From the NCBI GenBank assembly GCA_000165425.1, contig CT868662.1, positions 1-64,000 on the forward strand: a stretch of 64,000 bases of DNA, given 5' to 3'. Below the pieces are notes generated by a model. The model saw nothing but the letters and a program-made list of their open reading frames with translations. It did no database searches and was not told where the DNA came from. A program made the translations under genes and the position numbers. Origin of the DNA: Paramecium tetraurelia (lineage: Eukaryota). Shown in pieces: positions 39,409 to 55,000 of this stretch (position 1 is its first letter; each line of letters begins with the position of its first letter).

Positions 39409-40513
39409 ATATTAATTATTTGATATATATTACAACTCATAAATAAAACACAATCAAATTAATTAAATGACGTCTTATAATCATGTTATTAAAAGTGTGT
39501 AATAGGCCTTCTTCAAAACAAATATTATGCCTTTTTTCTTTATAAAAAACTAAAATTCATCAGATTCCTACTTCATCTATATTTTCAACAATTTCTAAAT
39601 TTCAAACTAAACTTCATGGAATATCTAAATTTTAATCCGAATTGAGATTTGAAATTATGAACTTGAAAAATCAATACCTAATTAAGTAATACCTTGTTAT
39701 TTAATTAAAATTTGAATTAAACAAAAATGAGTGCCAAATATCCAAAAGTGAAGTATAAAGGCAATTCATCTAGATTCACTAAAAATGAGTGAATATTATC
39801 CAAATTACAGCTATGATATATGAATGCAGTATTCAATGCTAATAATCTCCAAAATGAAAAATAGTAAAGGTTTTCTTTGAAATTAAAATTAAATTACAAA
39901 TTAGAGAGACGAAAAGAGTAAAATAGGAATAAAAAATCAGTAAATTTTGAAGGCTAAAATAAGTGAGAAATTGTTAGGACTCATATCAATTCTCATTAGA
40001 AGGTGTCCTATGTTTAATATTCGATAACAAAGATCCAAGAAGATTATCAATCATTAATAAAGATTTTATGAAGCCTGAATCAACAAATTAAGGAAGAAGA
40101 TAAGAAAAAATAATTATTCATTTTCTAAAAAGCCAAAGATATTTAGAACTTTTAGAGAGTGGCCCTGTTCTCACTTCTAAATAATATTAATAATTAATTA
40201 AGAATTATATAAATATTTATAATATTTGATTAGTACTTAACTAACTACCTAAATATAATATCGAATGTAATTTTAATTTTGGATGAAAATTAACTTTTCT
40301 TCCATTCAACCCTTTTCCTCAATAAATAATAGCCTAATAAAGTATGAACATTTACTTCCGAAATTTACTGTAATTTATAGACTTCTTATAAAAAACTATA
40401 AACTCAATTACTAAGACTATTTTTACTGTAATTTGTTGCTCTAGATCATAGTCACAGCATTCTTCCATTATTGATTATTAACTAAAATGCTGATTATTAA
40501 TAATATATATATT

Positions 40514-41906
40514 ATGATCTCATTTGATTAAATACTAGAATCGAAAATAGGGACTGGATTTTACCAATTCAAAACCATTTCAATAGTTGGATTAGTTGAG
40601 TTTTGTAATGGTATACTTTTCACATTTATGTCAATTATGATGGCAATCCTTAAATCTGAATGGAATTTAACTTCCTCGTAGACTTCTAACATTGGCTCAT
40701 CATATTTGGTAGGAATAGTGTTGGGGAACATGCTTTCTGCTTTTCTTGTCGATAAAATTGGTAGAAAAACAACTTTTGCATTTTCTACAGCAATTAGTAC
40801 GTTTTTATGTTTTAAAATAAGTTTTACTAATGCATACATAGAAATGATTCTTTTAAGATTGTTATTTGGAATGATTTTTGGGATAACCTATCAATTAGGG
40901 TTTATAATCCTCTCTGAAATAACTGAAGCGAAATTTAGAGGCCGATTTGGTATGTCTCTTTCACTTCTATTTGTTTTGGGAAAAATATTCTTGATAATTC
41001 TTTGCTTTGTATTTTTAGACAGCTTTGAAGCTGGGAATTGGGAAGGTTTGATGCTTTTTAATGTGGTGCCATTGGGTATTGCCTCAGTGCTTTCATTTAT
41101 ATTTTTAAAAGAAACTATCAGGTATCAATTGAACCAAGGCAAATTTGATTAGGCATTCAAAGAAATAGAAACCATTTTAGAAGAAAATGGAAGGGAGGCT
41201 CATCTATTAAATGAAGAAGAAGTAACCTATAAAGAAAATATTATTATAGAAAAAAGGGTTATAAAATTGGTAAGAAAAACAAAAAGCTGAATGTCAAGAA
41301 TAGCAATTACACAAATACGGGATATTTTCTTCTGAATACAGAACGATTACCCTTTTACTATGGCTAATCTTTATCTTGGCTAACTTTTAAAGCATGACTA
41401 TTTATCTCTTGATGCCTTTTTTGTTGGCTCGTAAAAATTCAGGGTTTAGTTCTATGCTAATTTTGTTTAGTTTTGAACTCTGCTTCTCTATTGTCATCTA
41501 TTATTTTATTGACAATCCTCATTATGGCAATAGGATAAAGATAATCGCTTATTCAGGATTTGCTTTATTATTATCCAACATTTTGCTCTATATTTATTAA
41601 GAATCATTTCTCTATGTTGGTTTGTTTATCATTAAAATTGCAACAAGGGGGTTGTTTTCAACTATCAGTATTTTAGCTTGTGAAAGTTACCCTTTGTATC
41701 TGAGATCATAAGGGTGTGGAATAGCATAGGCAGTAGGCAAAATAGGGGTGATCCCTTCTCCATATTTGCTGGTTCCTTTACTATTCTTTGATCCATATTT
41801 GCCTTTTTTATTAATGGCTTTATTGTCAGTTTTAATTTTGATGTTTGCCTGTGTTTTTGATAAAGATAAAACACTCAAGCCCTTAGAAACTTTAAAAGAT
41901 GAATGA
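40514..41906 (+). CDS. MFS transporter, SV2/SVOP-like; tandem copy A
   Basis: MISFDQILESKIGTGFYQ, motif A LVDKIGRK, LSEITEAKFRGR, KETIRY, CESYPLYLRSQG. One intron near 41222. Confidence 0.94.
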
Positions 41907-41949
41907 ATATATTTATGTATTTTTTTCTTAATTAAATTATTTTATCAGA

Positions 41950-43336
41950 ATGATTTCTTTTGATGAAATACTTGAGAAAAATATTAAAACAGGTTGGTAT
42001 TAAGCAAGAACTCTTTCGATTATAGGATTATAGGAGTTTTGTGCAGGTCTTGAATATCTATTTATGTCAATCCTTATGACCATATTAAAGGAAGAATGGA
42101 ATTTATCATAAAATCAAGTAGCACTATTAAGCTCAATATTTCTATTTGGGGTTGTTTTGGGCAACTTTTTATGTGCTTTTTTGGCTGACATAATAGGGAG
42201 ATAGATAACATTCATTATTTTCTCTGGATTATCTGTTATTTTAATATTCTATACTAGTTTTTGTGATACTTACAAGGAAATGATAATTTTAAGATTCTTA
42301 TATGGATTAACCTTTGGTACACTTAATCCTCTTGGTTATGTTTATATTACAGAAATTACTGAAGCTAAATATCGAGGGAGATTTTCTTATGCTCTCACTT
42401 TGATTTATATTTTAGGCAAAATATACTTTGTTATTTTATGTTTTATTTTTTTGGATGATTACACTTCAGGAAATTGGAGGGGACTCATTAGATTTAATGG
42501 AATTCCAATAACGATTGCATTCATCTTGTCTATTCTGTATTTGACTGAAACAATTAGATCTCACTTGAGTAAGGGAGAGTATGAAATAGCTCTTAACTTA
42601 ATCAATTAATAAATCACAATAAATGGCAATTCAGACTTATTATTATGTGATTCTGAAGTATATTTGTTTAATAATAAAGAAAAATGGGTTAATAAGTTGG
42701 TCTAAATAATAAAAGGTTGAACTTTAATAAGAAGAAATAAACATATATGGCATTCTATCATAGGAATATAGAAAAGTAACTATTCTCTTATGGATTTTGT
42801 ATATTTTAACTAATTTTTAAGAAATGACAATTTTCTTGCTCTTACCATTTTTATTACAAAATAATAATTCTGGATTTCTTCCAATGCTTGCTTTATATAT
42901 AATTGAATTTATATTTGGATCCATCCTTTACAACATTATAGATGATGCTAAATATGGAGGAAGAATCAAAATTATTGCATATTCAGCAATAACTTTAATA
43001 TTTTCAAATGCCATTTTATATCTATTTAGGGATAAATATCTATATTTAGCCTTATTCTTGACAAAAATTGCGACTAGAGGGTTATTTGCAACTATATGTA
43101 TAATTTGTTGTGAAAGCTACCCAGTCAAAATAAGATCTTAAGGTTAGGGAATAGCACAAGCAATAGGAAAAATAGCTGTACTTCCTTCTCCATACCTATT
43201 GATTCCTCTCTATTTTATAGATCCATACCTACCGTTTGCTGTGCTGTTCATCTTAGCAATAGTTATTTTAGCTATAGATTGCTTTTTTAAATAGGATAAA
43301 ACTCAATAACATTTAGAAATTCTCAAAAATGAGTGA
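41950..43336 (+). CDS. MFS transporter, SV2/SVOP-like; tandem copy B
   Basis: MISFDEILEKNIKTGWYQ, LADIIGRQ, ITEITEAKYRGR, CESYPVKIRSQG. Intron at the same position as in copy A. Confidence 0.94.
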
Positions 43337-44077
43337 TTTTATTATTTGATTTAAATATGTGAATATTTAATTATAAATTAGATGATTATTAGATTATTAA
43401 CATAGATATTGAAACTAAGTTGGATTCACTTGATCAATTAGAAAATTAATTTCAATTTTACAGAACAAATTAAGGTATTATATTTTAATTTAATTTATTA
43501 TATTTTCCTTTTTAATAAGTATTTTTAATCTAATGTGTTCTTATATTTAGTAAGATGTCATGAAGATACAACATTAATATATTTTTTGTGTCTTATTGGA
43601 TAATTGTTTATAAATTAATACGGCTGAATCTTTATATTTGATTGTATTTAAAATTGATACAAAGAATAATAATAAATACATTCATAAATAATTTTATATC
43701 CCCTTCTGGTTAATTAAACAGTCGAGGAAAGCAGAGAATTTTTATGAAAAAATAATCTAAATTCATTTAGAAATACAAACAAATTAAATGTAAAGATTTC
43801 TATTTGGTAATCAAAGTCATTATTATTATAATTATACTCTCGTTTAGGTCTCATTAGTTTCTTCATTTGTTTATTATTCCTGATTATAGTTTTGATTCAA
43901 AATATTTCAAAAATGAATTATTGAATATAACTAAATTTTAATAAATAATATATTTTAATCAGTTTTACAATTTCTTTAAAAAGGTTAGATTAAGTGTAGA
44001 AATTTCACTTGTATTGAATTCTTGGAAATAATAAAAATTATTCTTCACACATAATAAATAAAGTAGTTTTAATAGAA

Positions 44078-44501
44078 TCATATACAATACTTTTGTTTAT
44101 ACTTTTACAAAACCTTTGAGCATAATTTAGTAGCTCTTCTATTAGGTTCACGTATTGAAGTAGGACTTTCAATATTATTTTAGGTATATCCCTTTTATCT
44201 GAAAGGAAATCTGTATTATTATAAATTTGATGGAGAAACACTTTTTGGAAATTTTGGTAAATGAAAACTTATCTTTTAATGAGGAATCCTTTATGAGTTT
44301 GAGTTGCTTGATGACACATTAGTATTCTTGTTGTGAAGAGTGCTGCGAATAGACTTAGGTTATATCCTGTAGATTTCTTCTGGAGTCGAAGGTGGCGATA
44401 TTTAAATAGGTTTTTAAAAAAGTATTGAAGTATCTTAAACTGGCAATAGGCTAAGCTTGATGGTATTGAATAATTAATACATTTAACTTATGGATTTTCA
44501 T
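44078..44501 (-). CDS. Hypothetical basic S/P-rich protein (~130-140 aa)
   Basis: MKIHKLN, a probable 30-nt intron, then PIASLRYFNTFQKPIQISPPSTPEE...KYKQKYCI*. Confidence 0.55.
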
Positions 44502-44822
44502 CAATTTTGAGCTTAATAAATAAAAAAAATAATTAAATAATTCTTAGAAATTCTTTAATTTCAATATCAAATTAATTGATTATGAAATTACAAGAACAAT
44601 ATGAATATGATATGAATTATTTGATAAAATCTTAATTTAATACTTTTCATGAATATTTCCAAGTTGAAACATATTTATGGTCCTTGAATATTTTATGGAA
44701 CATTCTCAATATTTGAATCTTAAGATTGAGGGGAAGCTTAAAAATCATTTGTTGATTATCTACATAATTATACTTTTAAGGGTTATTGTTATAAATAAAT
44801 TTAATTTCATATATTTTTTATT

Positions 44823-45629
44823 ATGAGTCAAGACACTAAAATAATTAAACGAACATAATTTACGCCTTAGGAGTCAGATATTAAAAATATCATTCCAACC
44901 CAAGGAAAATCAAAAGAGGAGATGCGGATTTTCCTTTTTGAGTTTTTTGGAATGGCATTATTTGCTTATGGGTAATCAGTCAATTCTTATTAATAGGATC
45001 ATTTGCTCATAAGGATCTGATGAATTTTTGGCATTATTTTTCTTTGCTTCTGTGTGTTTGGCTGCACCATTTTCAGGAGCGCACGTTAATCCTGCTGTAA
45101 CTTTGGCAATGCTACTCTCAAGAAGAATAAATTTTGGATAGGCGGTGCTATATTGGTTGGCACAATTTACTGGGGCTTTATGTGGGGCTTGTTGTTGTTA
45201 CTTAATATTGAATGAGGTTGACAGTCCTTAAGTGGAGAGTAAAGAATACAGTTGGATATTATCGGATGTAAGTGGTGAGGCTTTTGGAACATTCACCTTT
45301 ATTCTTTTCATTCTGATATAAACTGATTCAGAAACAACGTTAACGCCTGGCGGATAACCAATGACAACTTACGTTTTGGTAGCGTTGGCGTTGTATTTTT
45401 CAAGAGGATTTACATTTCATTCTGGAGGTACAATACAAATTTTGAATCAACTAAAGGTTGTTTGAACCCAGGGATGGCAGTATCTTTGCAGCTCTTTTAA
45501 TCATTTTAAACAGGAGACAGGTAGAGAATGGAATTTTTGTGGGTATTCGTAGGTGGTCCATTAGGAGGGGGATTTGGAGCAAGTGTGTTTTTTGAACTCT
45601 TTTACAAAAAATAAATAAGAAGACTCTGA
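44823..45629 (+). CDS. Aquaporin/MIP family channel (NPA plus NPG; 2 introns)
   Basis: FLFEFFGMALF, SGAHVNPAVT, YWLAQFTGA, GEAFGTF, SGG/CLNPGMAV, WVFVGGPLGG. Confidence 0.96.
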
Positions 45630-46350
45630 AATTATTAATAAGTTTAATTAGATTATTCTTATTCATATCACCAAATCTATTAACTTCTATTTATTTTTAT
45701 ATTCTTAAATAAAGTCCAAATCGATAAGACTTATTATTGAATTAACTTTTATTTTAATTCTTCCTTAATATTCCTCAAAATTGATAGACTTTGAAATATA
45801 ATTCAGATGAAGACTTGATCTTCCAAATTTAAAAATTGATCACCATCTAATATTGTTGAATGTTGAGAATATTGAATTCGAAAATAAAATAAAGAATTTT
45901 GAGTTTTATTTCCTTTTTTAAGATTGAGTTTGAGATAAACATTTAAAATATAATATATTTAACCTCTTTCCAATTTAATTTCTTCAAATTAAAATTTGTG
46001 TTTTCCTTTTGCTATATCTATAAGTAGATTCTATCATGATTATTTTTTAGATATGTATTTTTTAATTATTCTTTTAATAAAATTCATAAGGTAATTTGGC
46101 TTCAATCTATTTTGTTAAAGGCAGAATCAAGTTATTCTTATGTTTCTATTTCTAGATTTAGGATTAGACCTATTTGAAGTAATTTTTATCAACATTCTTA
46201 AAGATTTTAACAATTCTCCTAATATTGTTATTCAATTTAAAATCAATTAAGATAAAAAGCAATATTAAACAGATTTAGAGAAATACTCTTGTTATTTTAG
46301 ATGTTAAATTTCTTTTAAGTGTTAAAACATTGATAGATATATAGATAAAT

Positions 46351-48267
<1,917 letters not shown>

Positions 48268-48337
48268 TTTTATTTCAAATGAAATGTTATTTTATTAAGT
48301 AATCTTCCCTCTCATAAGTTGTTAAAAATTAAAATAA

Positions 48338-49620
48338 TCATTTCTTTTTCTTTTACACTCCACTCTTTCCACACTATTTCGCTTTTGTCTCACAAAAAAC
48401 TATATGTTTCTTAGCCGCCTCTGTATTAAACTTCCTGTTGCAAAACTTGCATTACACCAAATCCTAAGCACTTTCCATCGCCCCACTCAAAGATGTCTAC
48501 TCCTCTTTTGTCAATCGCTACCCTTTGGCCTACCTGATTATAGCCCTGAACGCTTCACTCTGAGCTTTCCATTTTGGTTTCTCACTTTTCACCTACTACT
48601 ACTACTTTTAACCTTATTTCATTGGCTGTTTCTGCACCTGCCTTTTCATCGCCCCTCCTCTCCCTTTTACATTGTCTTCAGCCTCGATTTGTCTCTGCTT
48701 CTATGAATTAAACACCTTCCTCTTCTATTGGAACACCTTCTTACAAATCTATATATATTTATCAACCCTCAATTTACCTTCGAGTGCTTTTCCAAAGCCT
48801 TAGCATTGAATGACCTTCCACATCCCTCTGGACATTAATAGAGTTTCTCTTCCACAACCTACTCCCCCTTCAACATCGGTTGCTATCTTGGTTTATTAGG
48901 AACTTCTTATTTTTTATTAACATTTAACTATGACTTGGTTTACTAGGTATTTGGTCTTGATGATAAATCCTATCTAGTAGATTTTAGTAATTAATCTTAT
49001 TGGACTGTCTATTTTAATTATAATTAAGACGTTGTGGCTGTTTTTGGTCTAATTGATTATTATTATTATTAATTATTTTAAGATTTCAGTTGATTTGATT
49101 AAAGTTAAAGCTTGGTTTGTTATTTCTATTAAACTGGAGCCTATTATTTACTGAGATTTGGTGTTGCTTTCTCAGTATTTGACTAATTTGTAGGTAGTTA
49201 ATCTGGTTCATTTGATTTGAATTAAATTGGTTACTTTTATTATGTAGACTGTTTTTCAGGTTATGAAGCCTACTGATCCTGAGCTTTAGTATTTCTTGCA
49301 GTTTAATTAGATTAGGGAGATTTGCCTCTTTGAAGAATCTTGGGAATTGGCTTCTCATCAAAATTTGAAATGCATGATTTATTTTCCAATGTTTTCTTTT
49401 CAAAAGTCTATCTTATAGGAGATCTGGGTTAAGTTCTCTTAATTTAGTCTTCTTACGTTCGTGTTGGAACATTCGATAAATTTTGGAGGGGTTTTTAGAT
49501 TGTGGACACTGATTCAATCTTTGGTTTAAGAGTTGGGGAGGTTTGTGTATTTAATTGCTTATTGAGTGTATTTTATGGAATCTGCTATTGCACACTTACT
49601 TATTTGGATTGCTTGGACAT
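48338..49620 (-). CDS. C2HC zinc finger protein (ZC2HC1/FAM164-like) with Q-rich N-terminal region
   Basis: CPEGCGRSFNAKALEKHSK/ICKKVFQQKRKVFNS, KPKWKAQSEAFRAIIR, QCKFCNRKFNTEAAKKHIVFC. Two short introns. Confidence 0.9.
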
Positions 49621-49690
49621 ATTCGATGTAGTTTTTGACGGTTTGAATAAATTTAAAACTATATTATTTCGTTAATAAAATAAACTTGGC

Positions 49691-51189
49691 TCAATAACTG
49701 TGAATTAATTAGATTCTATCAGCTGCAATATTCCACCAGAAATAGATTCTCCACTTCTCCCCCTTCAATTTGCTCTCCTTTTCCAATCCATAAACTATTG
49801 TCCGTTTACCATCGCAGACTTCAAAGTAATTGTTATCCACATCCAATTTGATTGCCAACATTTTTGGAGGCATCTAAACTCTTAATTATTGATTATTACT
49901 TTAAATACATTATTGAAATCAGTTCCAATTCTTACATTCAATCCTTCTCCATTTTGACTAAATAAATCTTTTCTGAAACCTTAACCATATGGAGATTTGT
50001 CTTTTTAATCATCTTTTACAACTCCTACATAGAAATTTCCATTAGATCCAGCTCTCTTTTGATCAAATTCTTTAAATAAGATGATGCAACCATGTTGACC
50101 TTCGCTAAAACTAGTTTCAGAATAAATAATTTAGGATTGTAATCCAGCTCCAGCGCATTCTTTGTAATCTTCTGCCAATTATTTAATGAGTTTAGACTAA
50201 TCTGCCTTGGAAGGATTGAATTTCCATTGAACTTTTCCAAATTTATGCTAATTTTGCTATAAATATATTAGAATACAGTCCATTATTATATGCTAGTTTA
50301 AATTGATTCCCAATAGCTTTCTAAGGCTTGTCTATTGGATGCTATCTAATTAAATTCAACTTTTCCAGACATGACTCCTTGAAACACCTTTTTCATGCTA
50401 ATTATCTATTCAGATTTTTTTGGATCATTTAAATATTCATTGATTTTAGCACTCAATAGATTTGGATCACCCTTGGCATTTTCTTTAATGAGTGTCTTGA
50501 TTTTAGTAAGATCATAGATGACATCATAATGTTTCTTCAGATTTTCAATTGTTGGTGTTTAATCTAATTTCTCCTCTATTTGATATAAGGATCAAAAATA
50601 CCTTCTTTCTTAGGATCTTTCTTGTCCTCTTTTTTGTCATCCTTTTTTGTATCTTTCTTATCATCCTTTTTGGTTTCCTTCTTATCATCCTTCTTTGTCT
50701 CCTTTTTATCATCCTTCTTGTCATCTTTTTTGACTTCCTTCTTTTCTGGCTCCTCCTATTTAAGTTTTTCATCTTTGATGAATTATGTTGCATTAAGTGA
50801 TTCCACCAATAGTTGTTTGACATTCTCGATTTATTCATTCAATTTTTATTTCATCTAAGCGAAGAAATCTTCAATTTCCTTCCTCTATTATTCTATGCTC
50901 TAAGAAAGTTACACTTCACAATTACCTTATATCCTAGCAGGTATTCTTTGACCTTATTACCGTCATCGTCAGCTGGCCAATTATACACAGAATAAGCATT
51001 TCCTTCCATGACTTCATCCAAATCGCATAGTTTAAGCTAGCTTACTAATTGTGATTTTGTAATATCCCCACCACTAGCATCACTTTAGCATTGAAAACAG
51101 AATAGTCTTTTTGCAGCTTCTTTCTGTAGAGTAATTGAAACAAACTTTTTTTTGTTATGATCTGCAATCGCACACCTTAGATCTTACAT
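49691..51189 (-). CDS. Hypothetical protein: Cys/His finger, coiled coil, KKxx repeat, beta-rich SPRY-like C-terminus
   Basis: MQDLRCAIADH...KRLFCFQC, a coiled coil, and C-terminal GQHGCIILF...NFYVGVV...LAIKLDVDNNYFEV...WRIYFWW. The frame is restored by short canonical introns. The SPRY call is an inference. Confidence 0.8.
50602..50743 (-). repeat. 12 x 12-bp coding repeat, KK(D/E)x
   Basis: KKEV KKDD KKDD KKET KKDD KKET KKDD KKDT KKDD KKED KKDP KKE. Confidence 0.95.
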
Positions 51190-51235
51190 AAATATAATTA
51201 ATATTATTAAAGAAAATAATTTAATCTCCAAATTT

Positions 51236-52927
51236 TCATTTATTGCTATCTTTCATCAATAACTAAGTGAATTCTTAGAAAGTCACTACTCCATCTCCAT
51301 TAGTGTCCAATTCAGAAAATACGCAGTCCAACTAATTGTCATTCAAAGCCAGTCCTCCAAATACCTCTTGAAGTTCTCCTTTGCTTATAGTCCCATTCCC
51401 GTCCTTGTCAAATAGCTTAAATGCTTGTTAAAGTTTCTCTTAAGCCATCAAATTCTGCACTTCGGAAAAGGCAACGATGAACTCTCACTATTACTATTAT
51501 GTTATTACCTGTGTATTCTATTGTTCCTGAACAGTCGACATCAGAGTATTAAAAGATCTAATTAACTATCTGATGACACTTGACTTCGTCTTGGTACAAG
51601 TCCATGTAACCTAAATTAAATTTACATTTTTACATTAAATTAATTCATCCTTACTTAATTTACCATCACCATTTTTGTCTATAGCATTAAATCCTTTGAT
51701 TAATTCCTTCTTCTCCTTCTAAGTCATTATCTGGGTTGATATCAGTTGCAAAATAGCAGAACTCAATTTGCTATTATTCTACAAAATCAATTAAGTCAAA
51801 ATACATGAAATTAAGAAAGATTTTCAAGATTTTAAGCATTGATTTTTTCTACTTTTTTATTGCTCACAATCCAAGTATCCTTTAAAGCCTATTCAGCTGA
51901 CATTCTCTTGGCAGGATCTACAACTAAGAGCTTTGAGATAAAAGACTTAGCATCTTATGAAACATCATACCATTCAGAACCTATACATCACTATTATATA
52001 GCATTTTACCGGTAAAATCTACATACCCATTTTTGATATTTCGATATAGTTCCTCCAAATTATTTCCTTTAAATGGGGGTTTACCACACATCATGATGTA
52101 CAGTATTACTCCACACGACCAAACATCGCATTTGCTGTTATAGTTTTAATCAATAACTTCAGGAGCTATGAAATAAGGTGTTCCAGTTTTTTATTTCAAT
52201 TACGTGTTTGACAAAATCTACTTGGCTGTTCCAAAATCGATGATTTTGAGTATCTAATCAGATCCTCTTTAATCGAATAGAATGTTTTCTGGTTTCAAAT
52301 CCCTTGATATTTGAGTGCAATATTACCTATGAACAATGTTTCTGTGATGACAGTAATTCACAGCATTTAATATTTATTTCATATAATTAGCAGCCATACT
52401 CTCATTTAGATTATTCCTTTATTAAATTCTATCAAACAACTCCCCTCCGCTTAAATATCTTGATTAATGATCTCTATTTACTCAGTTATCAAGTAATAGT
52501 AGCGTTCATCTTAGTAAAGCTCAAAAATATTCACAATATTTGGATGATCGAGATCTTTAAGAATGTTGACCTCCTGAATCATCCTTTCTCTTTGACTGGC
52601 CAAGATTTTGTCTTTGGCTAATTGTTTCATTGCGCGAAAAATGTTGGTCGACTTTTACTTAACCAAACTAACTCTTCCAAAGGTTCCTTGAATTATATCA
52701 AAAAACTTACAACCTTCACCTAAAGTAGATTCTATTTCGTAGTATTGAGATATATCTCCGCTCTTCAAGGACACGAATATGCAGGGAGCAACCCTAAAAT
52801 CTGTTCTCTATTTCACAAGACTTTTGTTCGACTTTATTGTAGAAACTTCTTAAGTCTTATGAAAAGTAGTCAGACTCTCTCTTTTAGAAGTGATTACTCT
52901 CTTAGGTTGGCCATTGCATGCACCCAT
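51236..52927 (-). CDS. Calcium-dependent protein kinase (CDPK), MGAC N-terminus, four EF hands
   Basis: [33 protein letters not shown] loops [50 protein letters not shown]. Confidence 0.97.
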
Positions 52928-53284
52928 GCTATTATTGTTTTTGAGTAAAATAATAATAATTCATATATCCTTTTTAAATTGCAATTATGATCTATAAATT
53001 TAATTAAGTCAAAGCTTAATTATCATCATAATATAGCAATCAAAAGGTTTATTAATTGGTCAAAATGTACTCGAGTGTTTATGGCTTGCACAACCTAACA
53101 ATAAAATATTGATTGTAATAATCCTTCTCGAAAAAATGCATAGGAGGATTCTCGCCATTTCAATTGGTTTTCAATTAATCGACAAAATTGTAACTAATCT
53201 TATATATTCTCTATTCTTAAGTTAATGTTTCTTAATTAAAAAATATAATTTATAAATCTTATACCGAAAACTTTTATTTAATAC

Positions 53285-55000
53285 ATGAACACCCAGAATG
53301 AACCTAAAATAAAACAAGTGGGCGATTACATTCTTGATTTGAATAAGGAAATCGGATCTGGATATTCCTCCAAAGTGTATTTGGGAGAAAATTTAAAAAC
53401 CAAATAAATAGTGGCTATTAAAGTCATTAGTTCTCAGACCTACACCTCCCCAATTTAAAAATCCTTGCTCAAAAATGAAATATCCATACTCCTGAGAATC
53501 GATCATCCCCATTTAATGAAAGTCTATGAAGTAAGTCAGAGTGCGAATAATACATACATAGTAACAGAATTTTGTAACGGAGGTAATCTGGAACAGCAGA
53601 TGAAAAAAACTGAATTCTCAGTCCCTAAAGTCTTGTCAATTTTACGGTAGATCACCTTAGGAATACAGGCACTCCACGAAAAAAGTAACAAAAATAATTT
53701 ACTTGTAGAAATCATACACAGAGACCTGAAGCCTGCCAACATACTAATCCACGAGAACACCTACAAACTAGCTGACTTTGGGTTTGCCTTAATTGAAGAT
53801 CAATTCGAAAGCATCATCAAGAGATTCAATGTGGGCACTCCACTCTACATGGCTCCGGAAATTCTATCGACCAACCAATATTCAGAGAAGAGTGACATAT
53901 GGGCTTTGGGAATAATGTCATACGAGATGCTCTTTAATTGCATACCACCATACAAATCTGATATAAGAACTTTTCATGAGGAAATACTGAAAAATTGTCA
54001 AAAAATAGATCTTTTATATTAAGGAGTAGTTAAATAATTACTGTTCGGGATGCTACAAGTGGATCCTAATGCTAGAGAGAATATTAACCAGATTATATCA
54101 TATATCTCATAAAAAGAAATAGAACACGTATCACCAAGAATTCAACAGCAATTTATTAAGTTATCATATAATTTTGTACAATCCAATCCCAATTCTCCAT
54201 TATCATCACCAAAGCATAAGCCAACTATGGAGAGTTAAAGATAAAAGTATCAGAAGAAAGTGTAATCGCACAATAAAGCCTAAACTTTTGCATCAGTAAA
54301 AATGCTGAGTTTAAACAAATTTTTAGACGACCAAAACAAACATAATCGCGTTTCTGATTTCAACCTAAATGAGGATCATCCAAAATTGATCTCTCATACT
54401 TCGGCTAAGAAATACCTTCATGATAATCACGAGTAGATCGGTTAATACTCAACCTAATGCTCATTTTCTACCAATAATAATAATAACACGAATAGTAGTA
54501 GTAGTGGCAAAAAAACAAAATTGAAATTTAAAATGCAATCCTCCTAATTGCCAGCCATAGTTTTACCTACTTATAACTTTTGTATATTTTTAGAAAATCT
54601 AATTAAAACCATGGAGAGTTCAACTGAGTAGAAATAAAAATGCAATTTTCTATTTAGAAAACTGTTGGCTATCAAGGCAAAAGCCTTCTATTCCTTTGCA
54701 CCCAAATCAATCAAAGAATAATTGAGTCTATGGATTGATTAGTTAAATAATTACTATGAGAAGGTGCAATTTAGTCTAAATTTTACTTTGGATAACACCT
54801 TTTAAATCTTCTTTAACTCTTCGTTGGAAGATTAGGGTAAATTATTGAGTATGTATTTGGTGAGTTTAATGAGTCAAATAATTCTGAAAGAATAGACTTC
54901 AGATTTCGAAACATTGATTGATATTCTTTAAGATAATGTTAAGCATCAAAATGATCCGTTTCTATTTGCAAGGAAATGGGCACACAATCAATAAAAATGA
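53285..55000 (+). CDS. Ser/Thr protein kinase (ULK/ATG1- or CAMK-like)
   Basis: EIGSGYSSKVY, VAIKVI, TEFCNGGNL, IIHRDLKPANIL, KLADFGFA, VGTPLYMAPE. Confidence 0.95.

Noticed and set aside
48404..48706. Leu-rich 100-aa + strand ORF in a GC-richer patch
   Set aside because: It is the antisense shadow of the C2HC zinc finger exon.
50545..50858. Several overlapping ORFs with FL/SS or RRM repeats
   Set aside because: They are alternative-frame and antisense shadows of the KKDD coding repeat.
53080..53160. Short hairpin AATCCTTCT...AGGAGGATT between divergent kinase genes
   Set aside because: A 9-bp imperfect stem in AT-rich DNA is not distinguishable from chance, and no ncRNA family motif was seen.
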